Positions 7,574 to 16,544 of a stretch of 37,789 nt of DNA are shown in pieces. Under the pieces are notes generated by a model. It did no database searches and was not told the DNA's origin. It saw nothing but the letters and a program-made list of their open reading frames with translations. Source of the DNA: Eubacteriales bacterium (GTDB lineage Bacteria; Bacillota; Clostridia; Oscillospirales; QAKW01); assembly GCA_045545255.1 (NCBI GenBank), contig JAZQAQ010000225.1, forward strand, positions 1 through 37,789, given 5' to 3'. Position numbers and translations under genes: made by a program. Numbering within the stretch: the first letter of the stretch is position 1; each line of letters opens with the position of its first letter.

Positions 7574-10405
7574 TTATGAACAAACCGTAACAAAATAATT
7601 CTCCATACCCTTTATAATATTCTTTGCCAATTTTCGCACAATATCCTCACGACAAAGCATTTCATATTCCAAGGGATTGCAGACATATCCGGCCTCAACC
7701 AAAACGGCCGGATATCGCGTCTGACGGCAGACAAAAAGACTTTGACGCTTGCAACGCGCCTTCTTTTCTCCGATTCCGCTCCAAAGGGTATCCGCAATGC
7801 ATTGCGCAAAAGATTCGGATATGGGAGAAGAATAAAGCATTAGTCCGCCGGATGCCGTAGTGAAATTCGAAGTCTCATTTACAGAATTATGATGCAGGGA
7901 AACAAATAGATCCGGTGCTTGACCGACCGTTGTTGCCACGCGTTGCTCCAAACTTACCGCTCGGTCACTTGATCGCATCATCAATACCGTAGCTCCGGCG
8001 GCCTCCAACTCTTCCTTTAAGCAACCGGCAAGAATCAAATTCAAATCACTCTCGGCAGGATATGCTCCCCCGCCCGGACTCAACGCGCCGCTATCTTCTC
8101 CACCGTGTCCTGCATCAAGCATAATGGTTTTTCCGGATAGCCCGCCCTGATGGAATCGAAGATGGACAATAATGCGATTTTTTTGTGGCAGAATTTCATA
8201 ACCCGCAATTTTTCGCCCGCTTCTGGACTTCAGATGTACAGTACCGCCGCTTACCGATCTTTTAAACTCCAACTGAAGGTCATCCAAATTGGTGTCCAAC
8301 TCAAAATCAGTCGTTCTTCCGGCTGCAAGTCTGATTTCCATTGTCAAGCCGTCGCAGTAAGACGAAAACCCAAACGCTTCCTTGGCAGAAATATTTAAAA
8401 TCTCATAAGAATAGTTTGCAGCATCGTCTGCCATCACCTTTTCTGTACCAAGCAGTTCCTGCTCTACCCAATAGCCGTTTTCCAGAAGTGCACGTGTCCC
8501 CTCTTTTCCGACAACGGTTACATAGCACCCTTTGCGCAAGGGATCGTGGTCCATTTGAGAGCCATCTCTGCTTTCGTCAAAAATATACGCATCCTTTTGC
8601 AATATCATATTCTCGCGATATCCGTCGGCATATAGATGCAACGACAGATCAACAGGGGTTACGGTCTCTTTGCCGTTAATCGTTGCGATAAACCGAAATC
8701 CGTCAAGGGTCAGCTTGTCCCCTGCAGGGAAAGACGGAACCATCCATTTCCCTGAATAGGTCGTCTTTTTCTTTTCCGATGCCACAAGCGGAATAGATAC
8801 CGCCCCATTGGTTAATATCACCGATGCGCCGGATGGTGCCTCCACTTGAAAGCGAATCGTTTCTCCCGCAGTGCGGTGCACTTCACCCGTAGGATAAGCG
8901 GTTTCAATCTCTAATTTTTGAGGTTGCGGCTTTACGGTGCGGGTGACACGAATTGATTTTACCGTCGAGCCGTCTCGCACCGTAATCGTATTTCCTCCGT
9001 TTCTTAACGGAATATACGCCGCAAACAGTCCATTGCCGTTCACAACCGCAGGAGTTCCGTTTACTGTAACATTGCTGCCTTTGGCAGTTCCGGTCACAGA
9101 GATATGAGAGGCGGTGAAAGATGCTCCGTTTTGCGGCGAAGTGATCTTCAATTCAGACGCTTTTTTCAGACTGATACATTCCACTTCAACATCCTCTTTA
9201 TCAATGGTCGTTTTAATGCCGTTATAGTAATTTCGAATTGAATCCAAAGCACCCAACGGATTCTTGATCATTAAACCGTAGCGAAAAAAACAATGACCGG
9301 CATAGCTTCGTTTGGCAGAGGCATACCAAAGCTGATCCTCCATAACCGTACCGCGTTCCCAACCGATTTCATCGGTGCCCACCTTATATAACGCAATGCC
9401 AATATATAGTTTGGTTTTATTCTTGGTGCAAAGCTCATCCCACCAATCCACCAGAACGTCATACGGAGCGGCATCGTGCTCATCCGTCCAATAGATTTGG
9501 GGGCAAACATAGTCCAGCCAGCCTTGCTCCACCCATTTTTTGCTATCGGCAAAAATGGCCGCATAAGCATTCATCCCGCGGGTATCACTCCCCGCCGGAT
9601 CGATCCATTTATTTGCCCAAATGCCAAAAGGGCTGATCCCGAATTGCACGTCTTTATTAATGGTTTTAATCAATGTATAGGTCGCTTCTACCAGCTGATT
9701 TACAGACTTTCGGCGGAAATCCTCAAGAGAAAGCCCTTGACCATACTTATCATAAGCGGCACTATCATCGAAGCCCGCAAGATCGTAGGGATAAAAATAA
9801 TCGTCAAAATGAATACCATCGATATCATAGTTCCGCACCAGCTCTGCAACGCCGTCCAATATCAAGTTTCTCGCTTCGGGGAGCCCCGGATTATAATACA
9901 CGCCCGATTTACAGGTTATGGTATATTCCGGGTGCACACAGGCAGGATTATCCGCAGAAAGTTTATCCCAGACCTTATCCCCATTTCCAATGCGGTATGG
10001 ATTAATCCACGCGTGAAGCTCAATTTTTGCCTTGTGCGCAGCCTGCACAAAGTACTTCAACGGATCATATCCTTTATCGGGGGCAACCCCCTGCTTTCCG
10101 GAAAGATAAACGCTCCAGGGAAACACCTCTGACTTATAAAGAGCATCGCTCATAGGGCGAACCTGAAAAAATATCGTATTAATTCCTATCTTCTTACAAT
10201 TAGCGATAATGGAATCAATTTCCGACTTCAGTTTTTCCGAAGAAAGACCCATATCCGACGGAAAATCCATATTTCCGATACTGGAAACCCAGCAAGCGCG
10301 CACCTCTCCTTTCACCTCTGCCTCGATCCTGCGGCAGCCAATAAAAGAGAAGGCATTCATAAATGAAAACGCAACGATCAATAAGATAGAAATTATTCTT
10401 TTCAT
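7574..10405 (-). CDS. Putative lipoprotein: GHL10/DUF187 (DigH/YddW-like) glycoside hydrolase fused to a C-terminal N-acetylmuramoyl-L-alanine amidase (Amidase_3)
   Basis: Signal ending FIGC. EVRACWV, FQVRP, HAWINPYR, YDIDGIHFDDYFYP, WLDYVCPQIYW in the N-terminal domain. Beta-rich middle region. LDAGHGG, ESDLNL, VSLHHNS, VLVEAGY at the C-terminus. Confidence 0.88.
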   Translation of the reverse strand: MKRIISILLIVAFSFMNAFSFIGCRRIEAEVKGEVRACWVSSIGNMDFPSDMGLSSEKLKSEIDSIIANCKKIGINTIFFQVRPMSDALYKSEVFPWSVYLSGKQGVAPDKGYDPLKYFVQAAHKAKIELHAWINPYRIGNGDKVWDKLSADNPACVHPEYTITCKSGVYYNPGLPEARNLILDGVAELVRNYDIDGIHFDDYFYPYDLAGFDDSAAYDKYGQGLSLEDFRRKSVNQLVEATYTLIKTINKDVQFGISPFGIWANKWIDPAGSDTRGMNAYAAIFADSKKWVEQGWLDYVCPQIYWTDEHDAAPYDVLVDWWDELCTKNKTKLYIGIALYKVGTDEIGWERGTVMEDQLWYASAKRSYAGHCFFRYGLMIKNPLGALDSIRNYYNGIKTTIDKEDVEVECISLKKASELKITSPQNGASFTASHISVTGTAKGSNVTVNGTPAVVNGNGLFAAYIPLRNGGNTITVRDGSTVKSIRVTRTVKPQPQKLEIETAYPTGEVHRTAGETIRFQVEAPSGASVILTNGAVSIPLVASEKKKTTYSGKWMVPSFPAGDKLTLDGFRFIATINGKETVTPVDLSLHLYADGYRENMILQKDAYIFDESRDGSQMDHDPLRKGCYVTVVGKEGTRALLENGYWVEQELLGTEKVMADDAANYSYEILNISAKEAFGFSSYCDGLTMEIRLAAGRTTDFELDTNLDDLQLEFKRSVSGGTVHLKSRSGRKIAGYEILPQKNRIIVHLRFHQGGLSGKTIMLDAGHGGEDSGALSPGGGAYPAESDLNLILAGCLKEELEAAGATVLMMRSSDRAVSLEQRVATTVGQAPDLFVSLHHNSVNETSNFTTASGGLMLYSSPISESFAQCIADTLWSGIGEKKARCKRQSLFVCRQTRYPAVLVEAGYVCNPLEYEMLCREDIVRKLAKNIIKGMENYFVTVCS

Positions 10406-10452
10406 ATCAACAGCTCCTTTACTTTATCAATCCTCACGCCTTCATTCTATGC

Positions 10453-10484
10453 AAAAAGTCTTATACCGATGTATAAGACTTTTT
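10453..10484. terminator. Intrinsic terminator, potentially bidirectional
   Basis: AAAAAGTCTTATAC-CGAT-GTATAAGACTTTTT, just downstream of the 10490 stop. Confidence 0.75.
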
Positions 10485-10489
10485 ATCAA

Positions 10490-10939
10490 TTAAAACCGAT
10501 CCGGTTCTGTATCCTCTTCTGTATAATCAAGAGCATCGTAAAGATCTAAAAATGATTGATAGACCCCGTTCTTTTTATATTCATACGCGATCTGATCATA
10601 AAACGCAATATCCTCATTCAGAATCAAATGGTGCTCACGTTTTCCATCAATAATGATGATCATTGAAAATTCGCTGATAGGGTGAGGCTCTGAAACAGAC
10701 GCTATTCTGACAGGAAGATTGCGAATCTTCTCACAAACGCTCTCGATATCCGCAGGTTCGGTCACTGCTTTGCGCCGATAATAAGAACTCTTTCCGTCTT
10801 CATTATAATACTCACGCTGGATCTCAACGCTTTCTACTTCCTCCTGCGGAAGATAAAAGGTATCACGTTTTACTTTAAAACTGCAACCGGACACCAAGAT
10901 CAAAACTGCAGCAAGGGAAATCAATAACCATCTTTTCAT
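10490..10939 (-). CDS. Hypothetical lipoprotein
   Basis: MKRWLLISLAAVLILVSGC lipobox; ATGA overlap with the upstream gene. Confidence 0.8.
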   Translation of the reverse strand: MKRWLLISLAAVLILVSGCSFKVKRDTFYLPQEEVESVEIQREYYNEDGKSSYYRRKAVTEPADIESVCEKIRNLPVRIASVSEPHPISEFSMIIIIDGKREHHLILNEDIAFYDQIAYEYKKNGVYQSFLDLYDALDYTEEDTEPDRF

Positions 10940-11583
10940 ACCGTCTTCTCCTGCTCAAGTGCACCTTTGGAAGATGCACGCACCGCGCCGCTCACCGCAT
11001 CCACCGTGCAATAATAAACCATATCGTTCAGCATAGAAATAAAGCGAATTTCATACTGCTCCAAGGCATTCGGTGAACTCAATTCAAGCTGAACATAATC
11101 ATAATGAAATTCCTGATCTGTACTGAATGCACGGACACCGACAGCGATTGCCCGTTCACTGTCAATCGGCAGGGTTCCTGCATCAAATGCATTGCACTCC
11201 TTTACCATACGGTAAGGAGTCAACCCATCCTTGGCATAATTCGCATCGAAAAAACGCTCCACATGCCCTGTCTTGGAATCCACTTCCGCCACCTGAATAT
11301 CGGAATATTTTGCATCCTTGGGAGCTTTATCGGAATAATACAGTCTAACAGTACCGTTTCCGTCAACATTCAGAATTAATTCCATCCCATACAGGGAAAG
11401 ATCATTCTTCTTTTTATTCTTCAGATACTCCTTCATTGCTTCCGCAATGGTAACGGCGGTATTATTCGTCTTACCGAGACTGTCCTCACTTTGGAAAAAG
11501 TCGCCGATAATGGGGATGGCGCAAGATGACAAGGAAAACAGAGTCAATATTATCAATAATAATGCGATGGCTCTTCTTTTCAT
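10936..11583 (-). CDS. Hypothetical lipoprotein with PepSY-like domain(s)
   Basis: Lipobox LSSC. IDSERAIAV...YEIRF...YCTVDAVSGAV matches the PepSY pattern; a second VDSKTGHV turn occurs earlier. Confidence 0.75.
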   Translation of the reverse strand: MKRRAIALLLIILTLFSLSSCAIPIIGDFFQSEDSLGKTNNTAVTIAEAMKEYLKNKKKNDLSLYGMELILNVDGNGTVRLYYSDKAPKDAKYSDIQVAEVDSKTGHVERFFDANYAKDGLTPYRMVKECNAFDAGTLPIDSERAIAVGVRAFSTDQEFHYDYVQLELSSPNALEQYEIRFISMLNDMVYYCTVDAVSGAVRASSKGALEQEKTV

Positions 11584-11592
11584 AGCGTCTCC

Positions 11593-12321
11593 TTATAAAC
11601 TATACAAGTAATCAATTTCCTTTTTGGTCAATGCACGGTATTGACCTGCACGAAGGGTGCCGATGGAAAGAGCGGCAAGCTTGTCTCTCTTGAGCCGCAA
11701 GACCTCAAGTTCCAGCGCCTCACACATTTTACGAATCTCACGATTCTTGCCTTCATAGATCGTCAGATAGAATACGGTACGATCATCCTTGGATTCCAAA
11801 ATCTCAATTTCTGCCGAGCGCGTGGTATAATCATCCTCCGCGATATAGATGCCGCGCTCAAAAGCCTTGATGTGCTCTCTGTTGATGGCACCCTTAACGA
11901 TAACACGATAAGTCTTGGGAATATTGTTCTTGGGGTGGGTCAGCTTATTAGCCAAATCACCATCATTGGTCAAAAGGAGCAAGCCCTCGCTATCCTTATC
12001 CAGACGTCCCACGGGATACAGACGCACCCGCTCCTTTGCGATCAGATCTGCCACACATTTTCTCCCCTGCTCGTCACTCATCGTGGTAACATAGCCGCGG
12101 GGTTTATACAGCATCAGTGTCACCTTTTCCTTGGTAATGGGTTTGATAACCCGTCCGTCAATCCGAACAAGGTCTTTAACGCCGTCCGTCTTATCCCCCA
12201 ATTGAACAGGACGACCGTTGAGGGTCACTCTCCCCGCTTCGATCATTGCCTCTGCTGCACGACGGGAGCAGACTCCGCAATCGGCGATATACTTTTGAAT
12301 TCTCACTAATTTTTGTTGCAT
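11593..12321 (-). CDS. rluB: rRNA pseudouridine synthase (RsuA family, RluB-like)
   Basis: S4 domain RIQKYIADCGVCSRRAAE; YKPRG; PVGRLDKDSEGLLLLTNDG; EGKNREIRKM; scpAB neighbourhood. Confidence 0.92.
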   Translation of the reverse strand: MQQKLVRIQKYIADCGVCSRRAAEAMIEAGRVTLNGRPVQLGDKTDGVKDLVRIDGRVIKPITKEKVTLMLYKPRGYVTTMSDEQGRKCVADLIAKERVRLYPVGRLDKDSEGLLLLTNDGDLANKLTHPKNNIPKTYRVIVKGAINREHIKAFERGIYIAEDDYTTRSAEIEILESKDDRTVFYLTIYEGKNREIRKMCEALELEVLRLKRDKLAALSIGTLRAGQYRALTKKEIDYLYSL

Positions 12322-12349
12322 AATAATTTCCTTTATATTTATTTCTTTT

Positions 12350-12378
12350 ATTGTACCTTTTATTTATCTTTTTTTCAA
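12350..12378 (-). promoter_or_regulatory. Sigma-A promoter for rluB
   Basis: Minus strand TTGAAA-17 nt-TACAAT. Confidence 0.6.
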
Positions 12379-13464
12379 GAATATTCGGCGAAAAAATCGA
12401 AATAATCGCGTAATAAACAGTTCCTTTTTCACCGGCATGGTTACAGACTCCTCCAAAACCAGAGGACTTTCTCCTATTTTCACGCCATTTAACCGAAATT
12501 CCACCGTCCCCACAACATCACCGATTTCTTTATTTCCATAGATCATTGGACCCGCTACAACACTGCTGCTTATATCTTCATAATTCTGAAACAGCTCTGC
12601 TGCTACAAAATCACTGTTCACTGCCCGCACAGTACCGCCGCCTGCACACGGCAAATCAAAAGAAAAGCCGCCTTTTTCAGCCAATGTAACCGTCTTTAGA
12701 GTTGCAAACCATCTCTCGTAGGCGGATGTATGTATATTCCAATCATCCCGCCTGCCGAGTGTCACGCAAATAAGAGGAGCCTCTCTCCTTTTCGCAACTG
12801 TCACCAAACAGCGTCCCGCATCAATAGTATACCCTGTCTTTCCCCCTACACAATCAGGATAGAGTGAGAGCAGTCTATTATGGTTCACGATAACCTGATC
12901 TTTCACTGTATACCGCTTTGTAGCGGTAATTTTGCAAAATTCTTCGTTCTCCATCGCCTCTGCCATAATCAACGCCAGTTCATACGCCGTGGTGTAATGC
13001 CCCTCGGCAGATAACCCGTTCGGATTGGCAAAATGGGTATTTTCGAGCCCCATCACTCGCGCTTTATCGTTCATTTTTTCAATAAAAGCCTGCACATTTT
13101 CACCGCCGACATACCACGCCAGTGCAACTGCGCAATCGTTGGCAGATTGCAGCATCAGACCATAGAGAAGCTCCTCAACCGTATACTTCTCCCCGGCTTT
13201 AATATAAAGCGAGGATCCCTCCACTCCCGCCGCCTCGGCGGGAACTTTTACCTCCCCATCCAAAGAGACAGATTCCAACACAACCAGAGCGGTCATCACC
13301 TTGGTAGTACTTGCCATCGGAAGGCGCACCTCTTCGTTTTCACCTTCCAAAACAGTCTGTGTGCGCCCATCCATAATAAGAAATGCACCACCGCCCGCAG
13401 ACATCGAAAACGGAAAAGAAAGCAACAAAGAAACTATTGAAATAAAAACCACTAATCTACGCAC
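12364..13464 (-). CDS. dacB: S11 family D-alanyl-D-alanine carboxypeptidase (DacB/DacF-like)
   Basis: MASTTK (SxxK), SAND (SxN), GGKTGYT (KTG). Start reassigned to GTG 13464, which has an AGGTG RBS and begins a signal peptide. ytfJ/rluB context supports dacB. Confidence 0.85.
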   Translation of the reverse strand: MRRLVVFISIVSLLLSFPFSMSAGGGAFLIMDGRTQTVLEGENEEVRLPMASTTKVMTALVVLESVSLDGEVKVPAEAAGVEGSSLYIKAGEKYTVEELLYGLMLQSANDCAVALAWYVGGENVQAFIEKMNDKARVMGLENTHFANPNGLSAEGHYTTAYELALIMAEAMENEEFCKITATKRYTVKDQVIVNHNRLLSLYPDCVGGKTGYTIDAGRCLVTVAKRREAPLICVTLGRRDDWNIHTSAYERWFATLKTVTLAEKGGFSFDLPCAGGGTVRAVNSDFVAAELFQNYEDISSSVVAGPMIYGNKEIGDVVGTVEFRLNGVKIGESPLVLEESVTMPVKKELFITRLFRFFRRIFLKKR

Positions 13465-13469
13465 AAAAA

Positions 13470-13497
13470 TCACCTGCCCTATTATACGGGCAGGTGA
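13470..13497. promoter_or_regulatory. 10-bp perfect inverted repeat covering the dacB RBS
   Basis: TCACCTGCCC-TATTATAC-GGGCAGGTGA; on the minus strand it is followed by TTTTT and then the GTG start. Confidence 0.6.
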
Positions 13498-13522
13498 CCA
13501 ATATTTATGCGCATTATGATAA

Positions 13523-13897
13523 TCAAAGCTCGTCCTTTTTATCTCGAACCAGCGCAGTGATCTTATCAACCATCTCCGGTACCAGATCAACCAGCTTATC
13601 CACTCCGGTGCTGCTTTCAGCAACGGGAAGCATACGGATATTCTCTCCCTTAACCACCAAGAAGCAGACAGGTGTCACTTTCACGCAACCGCCTGCGCCA
13701 CCGCCAAAATGCTCATTCTGAGGATTTCCGCCGAAGCCGCTTCCGCCGCCTGCAAAGCCGCAAGTCACCTTTGAAATGGGAATCAACGTAATTTCGTCAT
13801 TAATATGGATAGCATCACCGATTACGGTATCGACATCTACCAACTTACGAATCCCGTCCAGCGCACCGTTCAATACATTTTGAGCTTTATTCTCCAT
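13523..13897 (-). CDS. ytfJ: Sporulation/germination protein YtfJ (GerW)
   Basis: VDVDTVIGDAI, IPISKVTCGFAGGG, FGGGAGG, PVCFLVV. Confidence 0.92.
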   Translation of the reverse strand: MENKAQNVLNGALDGIRKLVDVDTVIGDAIHINDEITLIPISKVTCGFAGGGSGFGGNPQNEHFGGGAGGCVKVTPVCFLVVKGENIRMLPVAESSTGVDKLVDLVPEMVDKITALVRDKKDEL

Positions 13898-13927
13898 CTT
13901 TAACGCTCCTTTGAATAGTCTATCATT

Positions 13928-13956
13928 AGTATATCACGAAACTGTCGATAAATCAA
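13928..13956 (-). promoter_or_regulatory. Promoter upstream of ytfJ, overlapping the scpB stop
   Basis: Minus strand TTGATT-17 nt-TATACT with an extended TG. The -10 region TGATATACTA also resembles forespore sigma-F/G -10 boxes. Confidence 0.5.
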
Positions 13957-14548
13957 CATTATTTTCTTCTGCCGCCGGCTCCGCATTCAACACATCATCG
14001 AAGGTCTGCTGACCTTCTACCTCGTCGCCCGGCAGTTCCAAGCGAGGCAGTTCCGGCAACTGATCCAGCGACTGCAAACCAAAGCAACGAAGAAAATCGG
14101 TGGTTGTGCCATAAAGCCAAGGTCTGCCCGGAGCATCCAGTCTTCCCTTTTCTTCGATCAAGCCTTTTTCCACCAATGCGTTGATTCCGTAGAAGCAATC
14201 GACACCGCGAATCTGCTCCACATAGGCTTTGGTTACAGGTTGGTTATAAGCAACGATGGAAAGAATCTCCAAAGCCGCATTGGAAAGCGGCGTATTTCTC
14301 CGATGGTCCAACGCTTTTTTTGTAATCTCTCCGTAGTAACGGGAAGAACACATTTGGTAAGAATTGTCCAGAGTTAAAATATCAAAACCGCGGTTTTCCT
14401 CGCGATAACTCTCGCGCAGTTCATCAATGATCATATCCAGGCGTTCCTGCTCAATCTCCAGCACCTCCGCCAGTTTGCGGCGTTCAATCGGTTCCCCGCT
14501 GGCGAAAAGGATGGATTCCACAGCACCGCTCATATAATTTAATTCCAT
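13934..14548 (-). CDS. scpB: SMC-Scp complex subunit ScpB
   Basis: ESILFASGEP, LSNAALEILSIVAYNQPVTK, IRGV, PGRPWLYGTTTDFLRCFGL. Confidence 0.96.
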   Translation of the reverse strand: MELNYMSGAVESILFASGEPIERRKLAEVLEIEQERLDMIIDELRESYREENRGFDILTLDNSYQMCSSRYYGEITKKALDHRRNTPLSNAALEILSIVAYNQPVTKAYVEQIRGVDCFYGINALVEKGLIEEKGRLDAPGRPWLYGTTTDFLRCFGLQSLDQLPELPRLELPGDEVEGQQTFDDVLNAEPAAEENNVDLSTVS

Positions 14549-14557
14549 AGTTTTCTC

Positions 14558-15271
14558 CTACTTCTCCTTCTTAAAGGTCAGATAAAGATCGTCGTCGCGG
14601 CTTTCCATCTCCACGTGCTTGGATTTAGAAAGCTCCAGCACCGCCAAAAATGTAGCAACGATTTCCGATCTGGATCGTGCAGATTTGAATAAACTGCGAA
14701 AACTGCAGGTGATCTGACGCTTCAATGTACGCAATACGCCGATGATACGAGCCGGCACACTCGCCACAGGATGCCCCACAATACCGGCAAAACTCTTTAG
14801 AGGCGGGGGCAACGCACGATTGCTGCGGCGGAGTACATTACGATACGCCTCGGTCAGCGCAGAGGTCTCATAAGTTAACTTATGCTTTTTATCAAACTCC
14901 AACTGCTCTGTTCGGCGCACATAAGTGATGCCCGCCTTTTCCCGATCTTTTCGCATTGCTTCAATAACTTTTTTATAGCGTTTATATTCAGCAAGTGCCT
15001 CCGCAAGGCTCATCCGCGGATCTTCCTCCTCGCTTTCCGCTTTGGGAAGAAGCATCCGAGACTTAATCAGCATCAACTGCGCAGCCATCTCGATAAATGC
15101 GCTGGAGACCTCAAGATCCATTTTCTTGAGGTCTTCGATATACTCCATATATTGCTCCAGAATCAACGAAATAGGGATATCGTAAATAGATACCTTATTT
15201 TTGGAGATCAGGTGCAAAAGCAGCTCCAGCGGTCCGTCAAAGACCTCCAGAGAAAACTTTAATTGTTCCAT
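14558..15271 (-). CDS. scpA: Segregation and condensation protein A (kleisin)
   Basis: FDGPLELLLHLI, MAAQLMLIKSRMLLP, IVATFLAVLEL. Confidence 0.96.
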   Translation of the reverse strand: MEQLKFSLEVFDGPLELLLHLISKNKVSIYDIPISLILEQYMEYIEDLKKMDLEVSSAFIEMAAQLMLIKSRMLLPKAESEEEDPRMSLAEALAEYKRYKKVIEAMRKDREKAGITYVRRTEQLEFDKKHKLTYETSALTEAYRNVLRRSNRALPPPLKSFAGIVGHPVASVPARIIGVLRTLKRQITCSFRSLFKSARSRSEIVATFLAVLELSKSKHVEMESRDDDLYLTFKKEK

Positions 15272-15280
15272 ATAGTTCCC

Positions 15281-15949
15281 CTAAACCAAAAACCAAAATA
15301 TAAGCGACCAAAGCTGCATCAGCAGATTAATCGTCAACTGCTGCACCGTACCAATGATACCGCCAAAAATATCGGGAATTCCGATATACCCCGGCAAAAT
15401 CAAAAGTGCGATAAAAATCAATTGGACAACATTCCCGTGACGCGCCATAAAGGAGGCAAAACCGGGAGCAAAATAACTTACAATCCGAGAGCCGTCCAGA
15501 GGGTGGATCGGGATCAGATTAAACACTGCCAAACCGATGTTCAGCAATGTCATATAGTAAAAAAACATAATCAAAAAGCCGGGTAGTCTCCATACACTGA
15601 ATAAAAACACCAGTAAGGAAGAGGCGATGCAAAGGATTAAATTGGAAATAGGTCCTGCAACGGCGGTAAACATCATTCCCTTGCGGGGATTTTCAAAATA
15701 CATCGGATTGACCCGTACCGGCTTTGCCCAGCCGAAATGGGCAATGAGCATCACTATGAAGCCAAACACATCGATATGATGCAACGGATTCAGAGAAAGC
15801 CGTCCGTCCTGCTCGGGAGTAGGATCACCGAGTTTTGCCGCCACTCTCGCGTGGCAATATTCGTGCACCGTCAGTGAGATCAATACAGCAGGTACAAGAT
15901 AGAGCAAATCATAAAGATACGGTACAATATTGACCATTATGTTATTCAC
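15281..15949 (-). CDS. Site-2 protease family (M50) intramembrane metalloprotease
   Basis: HEYCH (HExxH), GDPT, AGPISN, FNLIPIHPLDGSR (NxxPxxxLDG). Confidence 0.93.
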   Translation of the reverse strand: MNNIMVNIVPYLYDLLYLVPAVLISLTVHEYCHARVAAKLGDPTPEQDGRLSLNPLHHIDVFGFIVMLIAHFGWAKPVRVNPMYFENPRKGMMFTAVAGPISNLILCIASSLLVFLFSVWRLPGFLIMFFYYMTLLNIGLAVFNLIPIHPLDGSRIVSYFAPGFASFMARHGNVVQLIFIALLILPGYIGIPDIFGGIIGTVQQLTINLLMQLWSLIFWFLV

Positions 15950-16544
15950 GGTTATCTCCTTCAGCGATGAGAGTCATCTGCTGCACCAATTCATCACGCC
16001 CCAATTTTGTCTTGGAAGAAAAAGCAATGATCCGCTCGGGATGATAGTCTGCGTAGAGTTCTTCCAAAACCTTAATATTTTCAGCGACAGCAGTTTTAGA
16101 AAGCTTATCCGCCTTGGTAGCAACCACCCAATACGGGATCCCCGCCTGCTCCAAATAAGCAGCCATTTCCATATCGGCATCAGTGGGCTTATGACGCAGG
16201 TCCACCAAAGATACAGCCAGTTTTTTATCACCGTCAAAATTGAAATAAGCCTGCATAAAACGCGCCCACTTATCCTTTTCCGCTTGAGACACCCGAGCAT
16301 AGCCGTAGCCGGGCAGATCGACCAAAAATAATTTCTTATCGATCTCATAGTAATTGATGGTCGCTGTTTTTCCGGGCTTTTCAGAGGTTCTCGCCATTGA
16401 CTTGCGACCCAAAAGGCAATTAATCATCGAACTTTTGCCCACATTGGAACGCCCGCAGAACAGCACCTCCGGTAAACCGCTTTGAAACTGATTAGGGCGT
16501 ACAGCCGAGATGCGAAGCTGTACCAATTGAAGATTTAAGCCCAT
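15942..16544 (-). CDS. engB: Ribosome biogenesis GTPase YihA/YsxC
   Basis: G1 GRSNVGKSS, PGKT, G3 DLPGYG, G4 TKADK; follows lon as in Bacillus. Confidence 0.96.
   Translation of the reverse strand: MGLNLQLVQLRISAVRPNQFQSGLPEVLFCGRSNVGKSSMINCLLGRKSMARTSEKPGKTATINYYEIDKKLFLVDLPGYGYARVSQAEKDKWARFMQAYFNFDGDKKLAVSLVDLRHKPTDADMEMAAYLEQAGIPYWVVATKADKLSKTAVAENIKVLEELYADYHPERIIAFSSKTKLGRDELVQQMTLIAEGDNRE

Noticed and set aside
13465-13623. N-terminal extension of the dacB ORF in the supplied track
   Set aside because: It overlaps ytfJ. The RBS and signal peptide point to GTG 13464.
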